A DNA stretch of 39,342 nt. It comes from a virus. Its lineage: Duplodnaviria; Heunggongvirae; Uroviricota; Caudoviricetes. Numbering within the stretch: position 1 is the stretch's first letter; each line of letters starts with the position of its first letter. Position numbers and translations under genes: made by a program. The DNA is taken from IMG/VR virus record IMGVR_UViG_3300026549_001501, positions 99,348-138,689 of that record; one strand, written 5' to 3'. The notes beneath the pieces are model-generated. The model was not told where the DNA came from. It saw only the letters and a list, made by a program, of their open reading frames with translations, and ran no database searches. Of this stretch, positions 7,400 through 16,316 are shown piece by piece.

Positions 7400-7994
7400 G
7401 AGAACTGTCTCTCAGTGCAGATACGTTGATGATAATGAGGGAACGATGGTTCATGAGTTCCTATTGAAGTTATCTCAAAAGTATAAGCTTTCGGAGACTT
7501 ATCCTGAGGTTGAGATAAGGTATAGGGCTGTCAATTATGACTTAATTGAAAACCATATTACTGACGATAAAATTGCACAACTTGTAGTTGATAACAGACT
7601 TGTCGCAATGGTTTTTTTGCGAAGGGATGATTGGAACCATACAGAAGTTACATATGTGATCGTTGATGAAGCATTGCGTAAATGTAAAGAATTCAAAGAT
7701 TTACTTGATAATAAAAAAATGAGTTTAGCAGAAGATTTATTTAATCAGTTTCACCCTGAAGGTAAGACTGCAAAACAGAAGAACATTGACGAAGCACTCG
7801 AACAGATAAAAGAGGCGTTTTCCTGCGGAAAAGATTCTTGCGAGTTATTTCTTGATTGGACTGACTTGCCTGATGATTGGGTGGTATTCCCTGAGACTCT
7901 CGATTATCTCCGAGAGAACGGGTTTGACGTAGAGGAAAAAGTTGAAGGCCAATGGATGCCAATAAGATATGCAGTTGTAAAAGTTAAAAAATGA
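7389..7994 (+). CDS. Hypothetical protein
   Basis: 201-aa ORF coupled to both neighbours. Confidence 0.7.
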   Translation: MLSKRTVSQCRYVDDNEGTMVHEFLLKLSQKYKLSETYPEVEIRYRAVNYDLIENHITDDKIAQLVVDNRLVAMVFLRRDDWNHTEVTYVIVDEALRKCKEFKDLLDNKKMSLAEDLFNQFHPEGKTAKQKNIDEALEQIKEAFSCGKDSCELFLDWTDLPDDWVVFPETLDYLRENGFDVEEKVEGQWMPIRYAVVKVKK

Positions 7995-8380
7995 GAGAGA
8001 TAAAATTCAAATATAAGGATATGTGTGGCGAGTGGGTTTATAAGAGAATCCTTGACCATATCTATAATGTTGATCAGAACACACTTTGCCAATATACAGG
8101 ATTGAAGGATATCAACGGAAAAGAAATTTACGAATTCGATGTCCTCAAAACTGCATTTTCCAATGAGCCGTTCGGCGTTGTGCGGTGGCATGACAACGGG
8201 TATTTCTTCATTGACTGCAGTGTTATTCCTATTCAATGGAATAGTAGTTACCGCCCGCTTGGTGAGATGGTTGGCACGCATATCGACGGAAAGCCGATTA
8301 ACATAGAAGTTATCGGAAACATTATTGACAACCCGGAATTGTTTAATAAAATCAAAGATAAAAATGAAGGACGCGTTTAA
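7991..8380 (+). CDS. YopX-family protein
   Basis: MREIKFK, CQYTGLKDINGKEIYEFDV, IEVIGNIIDNPEL. Confidence 0.9.
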   Translation: MREIKFKYKDMCGEWVYKRILDHIYNVDQNTLCQYTGLKDINGKEIYEFDVLKTAFSNEPFGVVRWHDNGYFFIDCSVIPIQWNSSYRPLGEMVGTHIDGKPINIEVIGNIIDNPELFNKIKDKNEGRV

Positions 8381-8966
8381 AATTATTCTTGATAAATCTA
8401 CTCCTAGTGACGACGGCAGTTGCCGTGTTCTCAATTTTCAATCGTTGTCTGACGGATTCGTGGAAATGGGATACCATAAGTACGTATTCGGCGCAACCGA
8501 GGTGTTCACGAAGGAACCTCTTACAGAAGAGCAGATAGCTGCATATGAGAAGGAAGAGAAGGAGCAGACTGAAAAAATGGTTAAGGAACTCAGCGATTCC
8601 ATTGACAAAGAGATACTTAACGAGATATTGAAGCGTCAGAATGAAATCCTTACGCTGGAACCAGTCGTTATCAAGGACATTTCAGAATGCCCCGAATCGG
8701 CGTTGGAACTTCTTTATAGCCATCGTTTCATAGAGACGGATGCCTTTGGGCACCAACTTCCCTCAGAGCCGTACGATTCTTACAAAACAAGATATCGCGT
8801 CCTGTTTGTTGACAGTGTAATTTATCTTAAGAGCACGGACCGTAGGTCTACGCCGATAAAGAGAATGGTTAAAGATGGCGTCGGAACACTCACCCTGAGC
8901 AGATATTTTGACGCAATTGTAAAGGGTGCAAAGGTAATAAAGAATAGGTTTGGAACAATATCATAA
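8364..8966 (+). CDS. Hypothetical protein
   Basis: ORF overlapping YopX end; start moved to ATG 8364. Confidence 0.7.
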   Translation: MKDAFKIILDKSTPSDDGSCRVLNFQSLSDGFVEMGYHKYVFGATEVFTKEPLTEEQIAAYEKEEKEQTEKMVKELSDSIDKEILNEILKRQNEILTLEPVVIKDISECPESALELLYSHRFIETDAFGHQLPSEPYDSYKTRYRVLFVDSVIYLKSTDRRSTPIKRMVKDGVGTLTLSRYFDAIVKGAKVIKNRFGTIS

Positions 8967-9247
8967 TGGACGAATACGAAAAAACAATGAAGGTTCAATA
9001 CGATGCTCTCGACAAGATTGACTTTGAACCATACTTTGAAAAGTTTAAGGGGAAGGAAGTTTATGATTTAATGGACGCCGTAGAAGACGATTACCTTGAT
9101 TCTCCGATAACTAAAAACAACGTTCTTGACGGATGGATTTTCAATTACCTCAGCAGGGTTGAATTTATTGAATATCTTGAGGAACGATATAAGGGAAGAT
9201 TTAAAGCATTTGAAGTATCACATTATTTATTCGACTATAAGAAATGA
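8966..9247 (+). CDS. Hypothetical acidic protein
   Basis: TAATG/ATGA coupling at both ends. Confidence 0.75.
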   Translation: MDEYEKTMKVQYDALDKIDFEPYFEKFKGKEVYDLMDAVEDDYLDSPITKNNVLDGWIFNYLSRVEFIEYLEERYKGRFKAFEVSHYLFDYKK

Positions 9248-9747
9248 ACATAGCATTAGTAGCGCACGACAGTAGAAAATATGAATTAAGAGAATGGGTA
9301 ACATATAATTTAAATGAATTAAAAAACCATAAATTATATGCTACGGGTACCACCGGCAAAATGTTAAGAGAGATAAAAGGGAAAGCCAGTGGCGCATGTG
9401 TTGGCGGTAATAGTGAAGGAGAAATTTGGGAAACATATTATGAATATCCTTTAGCTGATAAAGTAACACGTCTCCATTCAGGCCCACTTGGAGGTGATCA
9501 GGAGATAGGCGCTATGATTGCTAACGGAGAGATTGACGTTCTCATTTTCTTCTGCGACAACCTCATACAGCAAGGGCACCAGAACGACGTGTCGGCGCTT
9601 ACCCGCTTGGCGTCCCTTTATAACATTGCCTTTGCTACGAACAGAACGACTGCAGATATGATTCTTACGTCTCCGTTGTTGAAGGATCCTTCGTATAAGA
9701 GGATAATCCCGAACGCAATTTCAACATATGAAAATAGGCAAATTTAA
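9244..9747 (+). CDS. mgsA: Methylglyoxal synthase
   Basis: IALVAHD..K, LYATGTTG, SGPLGGDQ, IDVLIFF.D, H..DVSAL.RLA..YNIAFATN.TTAD. Confidence 0.95.
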   Translation: MNIALVAHDSRKYELREWVTYNLNELKNHKLYATGTTGKMLREIKGKASGACVGGNSEGEIWETYYEYPLADKVTRLHSGPLGGDQEIGAMIANGEIDVLIFFCDNLIQQGHQNDVSALTRLASLYNIAFATNRTTADMILTSPLLKDPSYKRIIPNAISTYENRQI

Positions 9748-9757
9748 AAACTATCCC

Positions 9758-9765
9758 TATATTTG
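9758..9765 (+). promoter_or_regulatory. -7 promoter element, probably giving a leaderless mRNA
   Basis: TATATTTG-CAAT-ATG(9770). Confidence 0.7.
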
Positions 9766-9769
9766 CAAT

Positions 9770-9988
9770 ATGAAATACGCAACACTTGACGACTTAAAGA
9801 AAGAAGCATGGCTTCGTTGCAGAAACGCAGGCGAAATTGTATGGCGGACAAAAGAGGGTAAGGAAATCCCAATTAAGGAAATGTCTGACCAACACCTTCT
9901 CAACGCGATAAATCGCCTGATTGATAGGAATGAATTTAATGAAATCGCCGCTGAATACAACGCATATATTGAACAACATTTTGGATAA
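9770..9988 (+). CDS. Small phage protein
   Basis: WRTKEGKEIPIKEMSDQHLLNAI motif; start set by promoter. Confidence 0.75.
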   Translation: MKYATLDDLKKEAWLRCRNAGEIVWRTKEGKEIPIKEMSDQHLLNAINRLIDRNEFNEIAAEYNAYIEQHFG

Positions 9989-10000
9989 AATTTAGAACAT

Positions 10001-10384
10001 ATGAAAATTTTAGTAAGTGTCAGTAAAGAAACAGGTGAAGTTTTCCGTGTAGAAACCGTAGAACGCCATATTGGACGCAGCAAGTCGCTTCAGACAGAAG
10101 AGGACGTGCTTAACGTTATCAAGAAGAACAACGAGGAGTCTGGCTATGAGAGGTTTGTCGTCAGGGAAGTTGACGGCGTTGTGGAGGAAGCATTTGCATT
10201 CCTTCTTGGCGAAAAGGGGTACAAGATAACGTACGACTTGGAAGACGTCTGTGACAGGGTAGACGAAGTAAACAACGCAATCGAAAGCCTTTCAACGGAT
10301 ATCTACGATGTTGAGCAGGCGGTGGGAACAATCAAGGAACTCGTAGTTAAACTTAAAGAAAAATACAGCGATGAACAGGCGTAG
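10001..10384 (+). CDS. Hypothetical protein with C-terminal coiled coil
   Basis: 127-aa ORF. Confidence 0.75.
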   Translation: MKILVSVSKETGEVFRVETVERHIGRSKSLQTEEDVLNVIKKNNEESGYERFVVREVDGVVEEAFAFLLGEKGYKITYDLEDVCDRVDEVNNAIESLSTDIYDVEQAVGTIKELVVKLKEKYSDEQA

Positions 10385-10649
10385 AGAAGAAATCGCGTAC
10401 AATCTTTTCTATCACGAATTCGGCATGATGGATAAGTTTGCGTATATTAAGAAGGTTATGGCTTCATGTACAAGTCAGATAGAACGTTCCATCGTCAATG
10501 AATGGGGAAACAAGGTTCTGTGGAGCTATTACAACTTATTCCAAGATAGGTACGGGAAAAAGTACGGATTTTGCGAATGGCTTGATATCGAAAAGTATTT
10601 CTTTCACAGAACCCGCGATATCACAAGAGAACTCACAAACATAAAATGA
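10371..10649 (+). CDS. Hypothetical protein
   Basis: Coupled ORF. Confidence 0.7.
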   Translation: MNRRREEIAYNLFYHEFGMMDKFAYIKKVMASCTSQIERSIVNEWGNKVLWSYYNLFQDRYGKKYGFCEWLDIEKYFFHRTRDITRELTNIK

Positions 10650-10653
10650 AATT

Positions 10654-10977
10654 ATGGAGCGAATCATAGCTGCCGCATACAAGGTTAAGCCAGAGTTTGC
10701 TTGCAAGAAGAGCCTTGGCTACAAGCACCCGAGCCTACGAGAAGAGTTCGGGCTTTATGACGATATCTACAACTGCAGGATTGCCCGCCACCATGCGGAA
10801 ATACTCCACATATTCGGAAAGGAGGTTGACCGTCATACAGACGGATTCTACACCTCATACGGAAGGTGGGTTAACCGTGAGGACGCAGCGAAGATTGCCA
10901 TTGCGTGTAAACAGATTGACAAACTCCATTACTGGGACGATAGGCTTGATAGTAGCGACTTATATGATCAAGAATAA
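10654..10977 (+). CDS. Conserved phage protein (RHH..GFYTSYGRWVNR.DA..IA..LDSSDLY type)
   Basis: Motif pattern familiar from many tailed-phage hypothetical proteins. Confidence 0.75.
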   Translation: MERIIAAAYKVKPEFACKKSLGYKHPSLREEFGLYDDIYNCRIARHHAEILHIFGKEVDRHTDGFYTSYGRWVNREDAAKIAIACKQIDKLHYWDDRLDSSDLYDQE

Positions 10978-10979
10978 CT

Positions 10980-11453
10980 ATGATACCACATTTAAAAATA
11001 AACGAGAAAGTAATTGAGGAACATTGGGACACTCCTGAAAGCCGAAAGGACACTATCAACCTTCTGAATAAGGTTGTGCACTTTGACAATACGGAAATCT
11101 ATGTCTATCTGTTCCAAGATTTCTGGTTGAAATTTGGCGTATTCGAGGAATATAGCGGTATTGAACAGGGATTCTCTGATTACGGTTATTGCGATACGCA
11201 GGACGCTCTCATAAAATACCTTCAGAAGTATGTAGAAGATAAGGAGAACGATTACTTCGTCAATGTAGGGTTCATGGACATGGACTATGAAAAGTACTAT
11301 AAGAATGGTTCCTATATCAATAAGGACGGAGTGGATACCGAATTAGATTATTACGAATATATCGACGAGCACCCTGAAATGGAAGTACCTCAGGACGTGG
11401 AAAATAAGTGGATAACGTTTAGCATACGCAAGTTAAAGCATGAAGAAAATTGA
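10980..11453 (+). CDS. Hypothetical acidic, Tyr-rich protein
   Basis: 157-aa ORF. Confidence 0.75.
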   Translation: MIPHLKINEKVIEEHWDTPESRKDTINLLNKVVHFDNTEIYVYLFQDFWLKFGVFEEYSGIEQGFSDYGYCDTQDALIKYLQKYVEDKENDYFVNVGFMDMDYEKYYKNGSYINKDGVDTELDYYEYIDEHPEMEVPQDVENKWITFSIRKLKHEEN

Positions 11454-11976
11454 ACTAAATGAGCAGGATTATGAATTCCTGAAAGAATTACAGCACGAAC
11501 TGAATACGCAGGAAACAGACGGAAACGCTCAGCCCGTATTCTGGGGCGTTGAGGAAGAGGTTGAAGACTTCAGGGGCACCGACGGTGACTACGGAGGAGA
11601 GCCGTACATTAGATTTGACGACGGGAAGTGGAGTGTGGAGGAAGCCGTTCAAGAGGTAGAAGAGGTTCTGCACGAGTACGAGCCAGACATTCAAAGTGAG
11701 TGGACGGACGTTGACAAGGAATCGGCTGACGACATTTACGAGTTTATGACGGAACGTCTGAAATGGGACAATGTGTACGACGTTATCTATATTGATAAGA
11801 AGTGGCAAGTTACACCGTTCACGGGTGCGTTCATTACCAAGCGAGCCTGCAAGAACTATATCGAGCGGTATGGCTACAACCACTGCAAACCGCACACCTA
11901 CGCAATGACAGCATATCGAAATTTTGAACTTGAACGACTGTTGAAAATACTTCGCGAAATGAAGATGGACGAATAA
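11440..11976 (+). CDS. Conserved phage protein (ELNTQETDGNAQPVFW type)
   Basis: 178-aa coupled ORF. Confidence 0.75.
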   Translation: MKKIELNEQDYEFLKELQHELNTQETDGNAQPVFWGVEEEVEDFRGTDGDYGGEPYIRFDDGKWSVEEAVQEVEEVLHEYEPDIQSEWTDVDKESADDIYEFMTERLKWDNVYDVIYIDKKWQVTPFTGAFITKRACKNYIERYGYNHCKPHTYAMTAYRNFELERLLKILREMKMDE

Positions 11977-11987
11977 TCCATCTTTTT

Positions 11988-12018
11988 TTTGTAAATTGTA
12001 AAATATTTCCTATCTTTG
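11988..12018 (+). promoter_or_regulatory. Bacteroidetes promoter
   Basis: TTTG 11988-11991, 19 nt, TATCTTTG 12011-12018. Confidence 0.75.
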
Positions 12019-12047
12019 CATTGTAAGGTTTATAAAAATTTTAAGAA

Positions 12048-13034
12048 ATGAAAAAGTTAATTTATCTGATTTCCATTATCGTTTGCTCATTCGCAATGTT
12101 TTCTTGCGAGAGCATTGAGATTGAGCCCCTTGTTCCTGAGGTACAGGAGGACGTATTCGTTACCGTTAGTTTCTCTGTCGGCGCAGAGGGCGTAGTCCTT
12201 GTCGGCGAAGAGCCGCTTACGAAGGCTTCAAGCCCTTTTGACTTGTACGGGTTCTCAATCTACGAGTACGAGGACTTTGACCATGACTGCTGGACATACC
12301 ACGAGTATTGCTACGGCTTGCTCGACAATATCAGCGATTTATCTATCAAGTTCAGGAAAGGATATCACTACCTATTAACTATGATTTATCTTCCCGACGG
12401 AAAGAGCATTGTGGAAAAGAAGGGCATTGAGTACGGAGTTCCGTTCTGCCGTTATCCAAGTATCCCGGTTTCAGAAGAGATACCACTTAATTCCGTTATA
12501 TACGATACAGAGAATACCTTATACTGCTTGGGTGGTTCTTTCGATACGTACGACTATGGGCGATGTTATCACGCCCCGTTCGACTTCTATGTCTATAAGG
12601 ATTGGAACTTCGAGCCGAAGAACGACGAGAAAATTTCTATTGAACTCAAGCACGCAAACGCAGGTATTACGTTCCAATATAATAAGGTTGAAGGATTTGA
12701 CTACGATAAGGTGGTTGTCAAGTTTGTCAATGAACAGTGGGAATACACTACCGATATTACTAGTGATGATAATAAGTTGGTAATTCCTTTGATCACCATT
12801 TCAGAAAGCGGAACGCCATTTGTGAATCACCTATGCGACTACGACTGCGTTGAGGTTATTATCGGTACGTCAGAGGAGCCTTCTCTATTCTATCGTGGTA
12901 AGCTCGGCTTGACACCGAATGTAATGAAAACCTATGACGTATATTTACGCCCTGTGGGTTCAACTACGAACCCGTTCGACATCACCTCCGAGAGTGATTC
13001 AATGAGTAACGAAACCTGTGGAAGCCTTAATTAA
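12048..13034 (+). CDS. Bacteroidetes-type lipoprotein, possibly type V pilin-like
   Basis: Signal peptide II MKKLIYLISIIVCSFAMFS-C, acidic residues after Cys, PLTKA motif, beta-rich body. Confidence 0.75.
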   Translation: MKKLIYLISIIVCSFAMFSCESIEIEPLVPEVQEDVFVTVSFSVGAEGVVLVGEEPLTKASSPFDLYGFSIYEYEDFDHDCWTYHEYCYGLLDNISDLSIKFRKGYHYLLTMIYLPDGKSIVEKKGIEYGVPFCRYPSIPVSEEIPLNSVIYDTENTLYCLGGSFDTYDYGRCYHAPFDFYVYKDWNFEPKNDEKISIELKHANAGITFQYNKVEGFDYDKVVVKFVNEQWEYTTDITSDDNKLVIPLITISESGTPFVNHLCDYDCVEVIIGTSEEPSLFYRGKLGLTPNVMKTYDVYLRPVGSTTNPFDITSESDSMSNETCGSLN

Positions 13035-13035
13035 T

Positions 13036-13347
13036 ATGGATTACGAGAAACACCCGCTGAGCCCAAATGAAGTTCAGCAGAAATGGACAAGCCAAATTCC
13101 CGGCGAAATATTCGAAGCTATCAATTCCCTGCTCGTAGAGAAATGGCACGGTAACAAATCGCAGATTATCATTTATCAGAAGGAAATCATTGACAGGGTT
13201 AACCTTCCGATAGACGAAATCTATAAGAATCATTGGCTCGACATTGAGCCTTTCTATGAGGAAATGGGATGGACTGTTTTGTACGACCAACCCGCTTACT
13301 GTGAAAGTTACGAGTCAAACTTTACATTTAAGCCTTGGAAATTATGA
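13036..13347 (+). CDS. Conserved phage protein (WLDIEPFYEEMGW..YDQPAY type)
   Basis: Motif familiar from phage hypotheticals; start moved to ATG 13036. Confidence 0.75.
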   Translation: MDYEKHPLSPNEVQQKWTSQIPGEIFEAINSLLVEKWHGNKSQIIIYQKEIIDRVNLPIDEIYKNHWLDIEPFYEEMGWTVLYDQPAYCESYESNFTFKPWKL

Positions 13348-13706
13348 CATACGATAGAAACGCAAAGATCGAACTTATATTGGATTACAACCCATGGGAC
13401 GACTTCAGAACAGTCTATTATAGGATTGTTCCGTCGGAACTCCCATTACTGCAGAGATTGTTCTTCAATCAGACAAAACAGGTATACCATTCGTACACAC
13501 ATAAAGAAGGCGTGTGTTATCTTTTTGACAAAAAGGAATATTATGAACTTGCTCGGAAAGTTAAGACATACGGCGATATGTGCAACTATCTTTCCGAAGA
13601 ACAGGTAAAGATAGACAAGCTTAATGCACTGAGAAGGGAGGAATTAAAAAAGCTCATAGCCGAAGAGAAGGAATGGCCCGATATCGATGATATTGATGAA
13701 TTATGA
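13344..13706 (+). CDS. Hypothetical protein
   Basis: Coupled ORF; alternative start 13335. Confidence 0.7.
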   Translation: MTYDRNAKIELILDYNPWDDFRTVYYRIVPSELPLLQRLFFNQTKQVYHSYTHKEGVCYLFDKKEYYELARKVKTYGDMCNYLSEEQVKIDKLNALRREELKKLIAEEKEWPDIDDIDEL

Positions 13707-14023
13707 GATTTACGAAGGCACTATTAAAGAAACCGTTCGACGAATTAACCGACGAAGAGTTCAAGTGCATAGGGGAGCATTTTTCAAAACACCCAATGAA
13801 GCCCGTTCCTTCAAAGTTGGTTAAGTGCATATGGTGTAAGAACCTATTGTGGTACGACGCGCTCGGGGAACACTTGTGGGAATGCCTGAAGAATCCCTGC
13901 GAGGACTTAGCAACACAAGAAGACAGACTTCTTAACAACAGGAAAATTACCCACCTCAGAAGGTGTGAAAACTTTATCAGAGATTACGATTTATTAAGAA
14001 CGCCATATCCAAGAGTAAGATGA
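13703..14023 (+). CDS. Putative zinc-finger protein
   Basis: VKCIWCK..GEHLWEC (C2HC pattern). Confidence 0.65.
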   Translation: MRFTKALLKKPFDELTDEEFKCIGEHFSKHPMKPVPSKLVKCIWCKNLLWYDALGEHLWECLKNPCEDLATQEDRLLNNRKITHLRRCENFIRDYDLLRTPYPRVR

Positions 14024-14175
14024 ATACACCAATTTATTGCCCATACTTTCCAACAAATATAAACTGTGAAAACTGTAGGCATAACATAGGAAATCTTGAA
14101 TGTGCTTTAACCTACCTGCAGCCCTTCGAAATTGAAGATATGCTCGGTGTAAAATTACCATACATAAAAAAGTAA
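14020..14175 (+). CDS. Small Cys-rich protein (51 aa, not in ORF track)
   Basis: ATGA overlap with upstream stop; YCPY..NCENCRH..EC. Confidence 0.6.
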   Translation: MNTPIYCPYFPTNINCENCRHNIGNLECALTYLQPFEIEDMLGVKLPYIKK

Positions 14176-14201
14176 GTTTATCAAATGAATACATTAATGA
14201 T

Positions 14202-14456
14202 ATGAAAAAGATTGTATTATTACTTGCTGTTATATTGCTTTCGGGCTGTTGTTCAAAGCCTGGTCCCGAAAAAGAAAAGGCTATAAAGGTTGATGAAGAG
14301 GTAATCTGGCCAATCAGATACAATGTTGGCGAATCCTTCCACGTTGTCGAGAAGATGGTAATTGAAGGACACGAATACCTTATTTTCAGTTCAAAAACAT
14401 CATCACACCCTCCAACTGTTATACATAGCGAGAGTTGCCCATGCCACAATAACTAG
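14202..14456 (+). CDS. Small lipoprotein
   Basis: MKKIVLLLAVILLSG-C lipobox; C-terminal IHSESCPCH. Confidence 0.75.
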   Translation: MKKIVLLLAVILLSGCCSKPGPEKEKAIKVDEEVIWPIRYNVGESFHVVEKMVIEGHEYLIFSSKTSSHPPTVIHSESCPCHNN

Positions 14457-14481
14457 TATATCTAAGAACATACATACAACT

Positions 14482-14724
14482 ATGACAAGAGCAGAAAAAA
14501 AATCTATGGAAGCATTTCCCGTGTCGAGCAGTTCTACAGCAGGTGCTTTCACAATGGATGATAACTATTGGCCACGGACGAACTTTATAAAGGGTTATAT
14601 GCAAGCTGAGAAAGACTTTATGGAGAAGGCTCGTTTTTGGCTTGAATGTAATTTAGCCAATTTTTCAGAAGATGATAGGAAATTTTGGATTGAAGATTTC
14701 ATACAAGCAATGATCTGCAATTAA
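14482..14724 (+). CDS. MSKAE/FxxGY-family small protein
   Basis: MTRAEKKSMEAFP..RTNFIKGYMQAEKD..FIQAM; start set by spacer repeat. Confidence 0.7.
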   Translation: MTRAEKKSMEAFPVSSSSTAGAFTMDDNYWPRTNFIKGYMQAEKDFMEKARFWLECNLANFSEDDRKFWIEDFIQAMICN

Positions 14725-14750
14725 GTATATCCATGAATACAAAAACAACT

Positions 14751-14954
14751 ATGGGCAACAATATTGACATTGAAGAAGCAAAAGTAGATTTTGAGTATTT
14801 CTACAATAATGTTCTTTGGCTTCAAGATAAGGATGGAAATAGGATTGCACCTCCACCTTTGAAAGATTATCAAAAAGCATTCTTTAATTGGATGCAAGAG
14901 GCAAAGAAGAATGGAGTTGATGCAATCTACATCAACACAAGATATAAATTGTAA
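14751..14954 (+). CDS. Terminase large subunit N-terminal fragment-like protein
   Basis: DFEYF..LWLQDKDG..PLKDYQK..INTR aligns with gp17 DIVYF..QLRDYQR..NLSR; ends at Walker A position. Confidence 0.55.
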   Translation: MGNNIDIEEAKVDFEYFYNNVLWLQDKDGNRIAPPPLKDYQKAFFNWMQEAKKNGVDAIYINTRYKL

Positions 14955-14980
14955 GTATATCTACGAATACAAAAACTAAT

Positions 14981-15136
14981 ATGGCAAAGGAAAAGAAACA
15001 ATTTTTGTATACATTAAAAGACAAAAACAAGTTCCCTGTCTATCAATGCTTTAATTATAAAGAAGCAAAAGCCGCACAGGTTATGTATGAGACAGAATAC
15101 GGGAAATTAACATTGCATAGAATTGAATATTATTAA
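14981..15136 (+). CDS. Small hypothetical protein (51 aa, not in ORF track)
   Basis: Starts at spacer repeat, stop 1 nt before next ATG. Confidence 0.6.
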   Translation: MAKEKKQFLYTLKDKNKFPVYQCFNYKEAKAAQVMYETEYGKLTLHRIEYY

Positions 15137-15137
15137 T

Positions 15138-15374
15138 ATGGCAAAGAAAAAACGTACAAAAGAAGATTACCCTGTCGTAAAATATAGGATTGTCAACGGA
15201 AACGGATATGTACTCTGCGAAGGCGAGGAAGAGTTCAAAGAAAAATTAAAACGGGCGAACGACTTTTACGAGAGCCTAAAAGCAAGAAATGATTACCATT
15301 GTGAACGATTCAAAATACAATATGTTATTAGGGTAACGGAAGAATACCTTGAACTGGATGAAATTGAAAAATAA
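15138..15374 (+). CDS. Hypothetical protein
   Basis: MAKKKRTKE start; stop 1 nt before next ATG. Confidence 0.7.
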   Translation: MAKKKRTKEDYPVVKYRIVNGNGYVLCEGEEEFKEKLKRANDFYESLKARNDYHCERFKIQYVIRVTEEYLELDEIEK

Positions 15375-15375
15375 T

Positions 15376-15738
15376 ATGGCAAAGAAATTTTCAGAACTGA
15401 ACGCGGGCGATTCCGTATGGATATGGTGGTTCCAAGAACTGTACGAATATGGCATACAAGATATCGTGCCAGTAAGAACTTTTATGCACATTGATGGAGA
15501 AGAGAGGGAAGTTGAGCCGTCAGGAGAGTTTATCATGGTATTGAAGGGTGGCGCTTCATATCATGTGTTTGACCATTGTATTGACAGAGAAGCATTCATA
15601 TGGGGTTCAGATGGGTGGCACGAATACAAGATCCTCGGCACAAGCAAGGAGGCTGTGAAAGAATGTTTGGAGAAAAATCTCGAATCCGACAAGAAGAAAC
15701 TTGAAGAGCATACAAAAGAATGGCTATCAAAATTTTAG
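15376..15738 (+). CDS. MAKKFS-family protein, copy 1
   Basis: MAKKFSELNAGDSVWIW..ILGTSKE paralog of 16317. Confidence 0.75.
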   Translation: MAKKFSELNAGDSVWIWWFQELYEYGIQDIVPVRTFMHIDGEEREVEPSGEFIMVLKGGASYHVFDHCIDREAFIWGSDGWHEYKILGTSKEAVKECLEKNLESDKKKLEEHTKEWLSKF

Positions 15739-15741
15739 AAT

Positions 15742-16293
15742 ATGTTTAATCGTAAATTCAAAAACAAGAACGAGGTATTTGATTACCTTCGTGAAAAAAC
15801 CGACGAATTCATTAAGAATATGTGCCGGGTGATTGAGCGCCGCTTCAACAAATATTATGCGGAGCCCGCTGACGTTACGAAAGCCGTGAAGTCCATTGTG
15901 GACAATATGGATGAAAAGTACTGTGGTGAACATCGGGAGCCGAAGCATATCGACGCGTCTGAAATAAAGAGCGGAGACATGATGATAGCAGCAGCGCTCA
16001 GGAAGGACATTCATGTTGAAGTGGACAAAGAAGAGCTTGTAAAGGCGCGGTGGGTAGACGTAGACGACGAACTTCCTACCGAGGAGGGATTATATTTTAT
16101 CCTTACCGACGATCACCTGATAAAGGGCTATGCATGGTTTGGTATTCAGGAAGAGGGTGATACGGAGCCCAGGTTTGATGTATGGTACGCAATGTGCGGA
16201 AATAAAGACAACCCGCCTAAGGTTAAGTACTGGCTCAAGGACAACCATTGGGGACTTGTATATGACTTCAAGAAGAAGGCCGGCGAGCTTTGA
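15742..16293 (+). CDS. Hypothetical protein with DUF551-like C-terminal domain
   Basis: RWVDVDDELPTEEGLYFIL...VKYW pattern. Confidence 0.6.
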   Translation: MFNRKFKNKNEVFDYLREKTDEFIKNMCRVIERRFNKYYAEPADVTKAVKSIVDNMDEKYCGEHREPKHIDASEIKSGDMMIAAALRKDIHVEVDKEELVKARWVDVDDELPTEEGLYFILTDDHLIKGYAWFGIQEEGDTEPRFDVWYAMCGNKDNPPKVKYWLKDNHWGLVYDFKKKAGEL

Positions 16294-16316
16294 AGTAACG
16301 CTTAACAATTAAATTT

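Larger units (their letters stand above)
14454..14983 (+). repeat. Three conserved stop-to-start intergenic spacers
   Basis: 14454-14484, 14722-14753, 14952-14983; copies 2 and 3 are 28/32 identical (TAAGTATATCYAYGAATACAAAAAC....ATG). Confidence 0.8.

Noticed and set aside
8530-8650. Similarity of ELSDSIDKEILNEIL to the T4-type major capsid helix (EIDREIL)
   Set aside because: The match is only about 10 residues of generic amphipathic helix, too weak to claim without a profile search.
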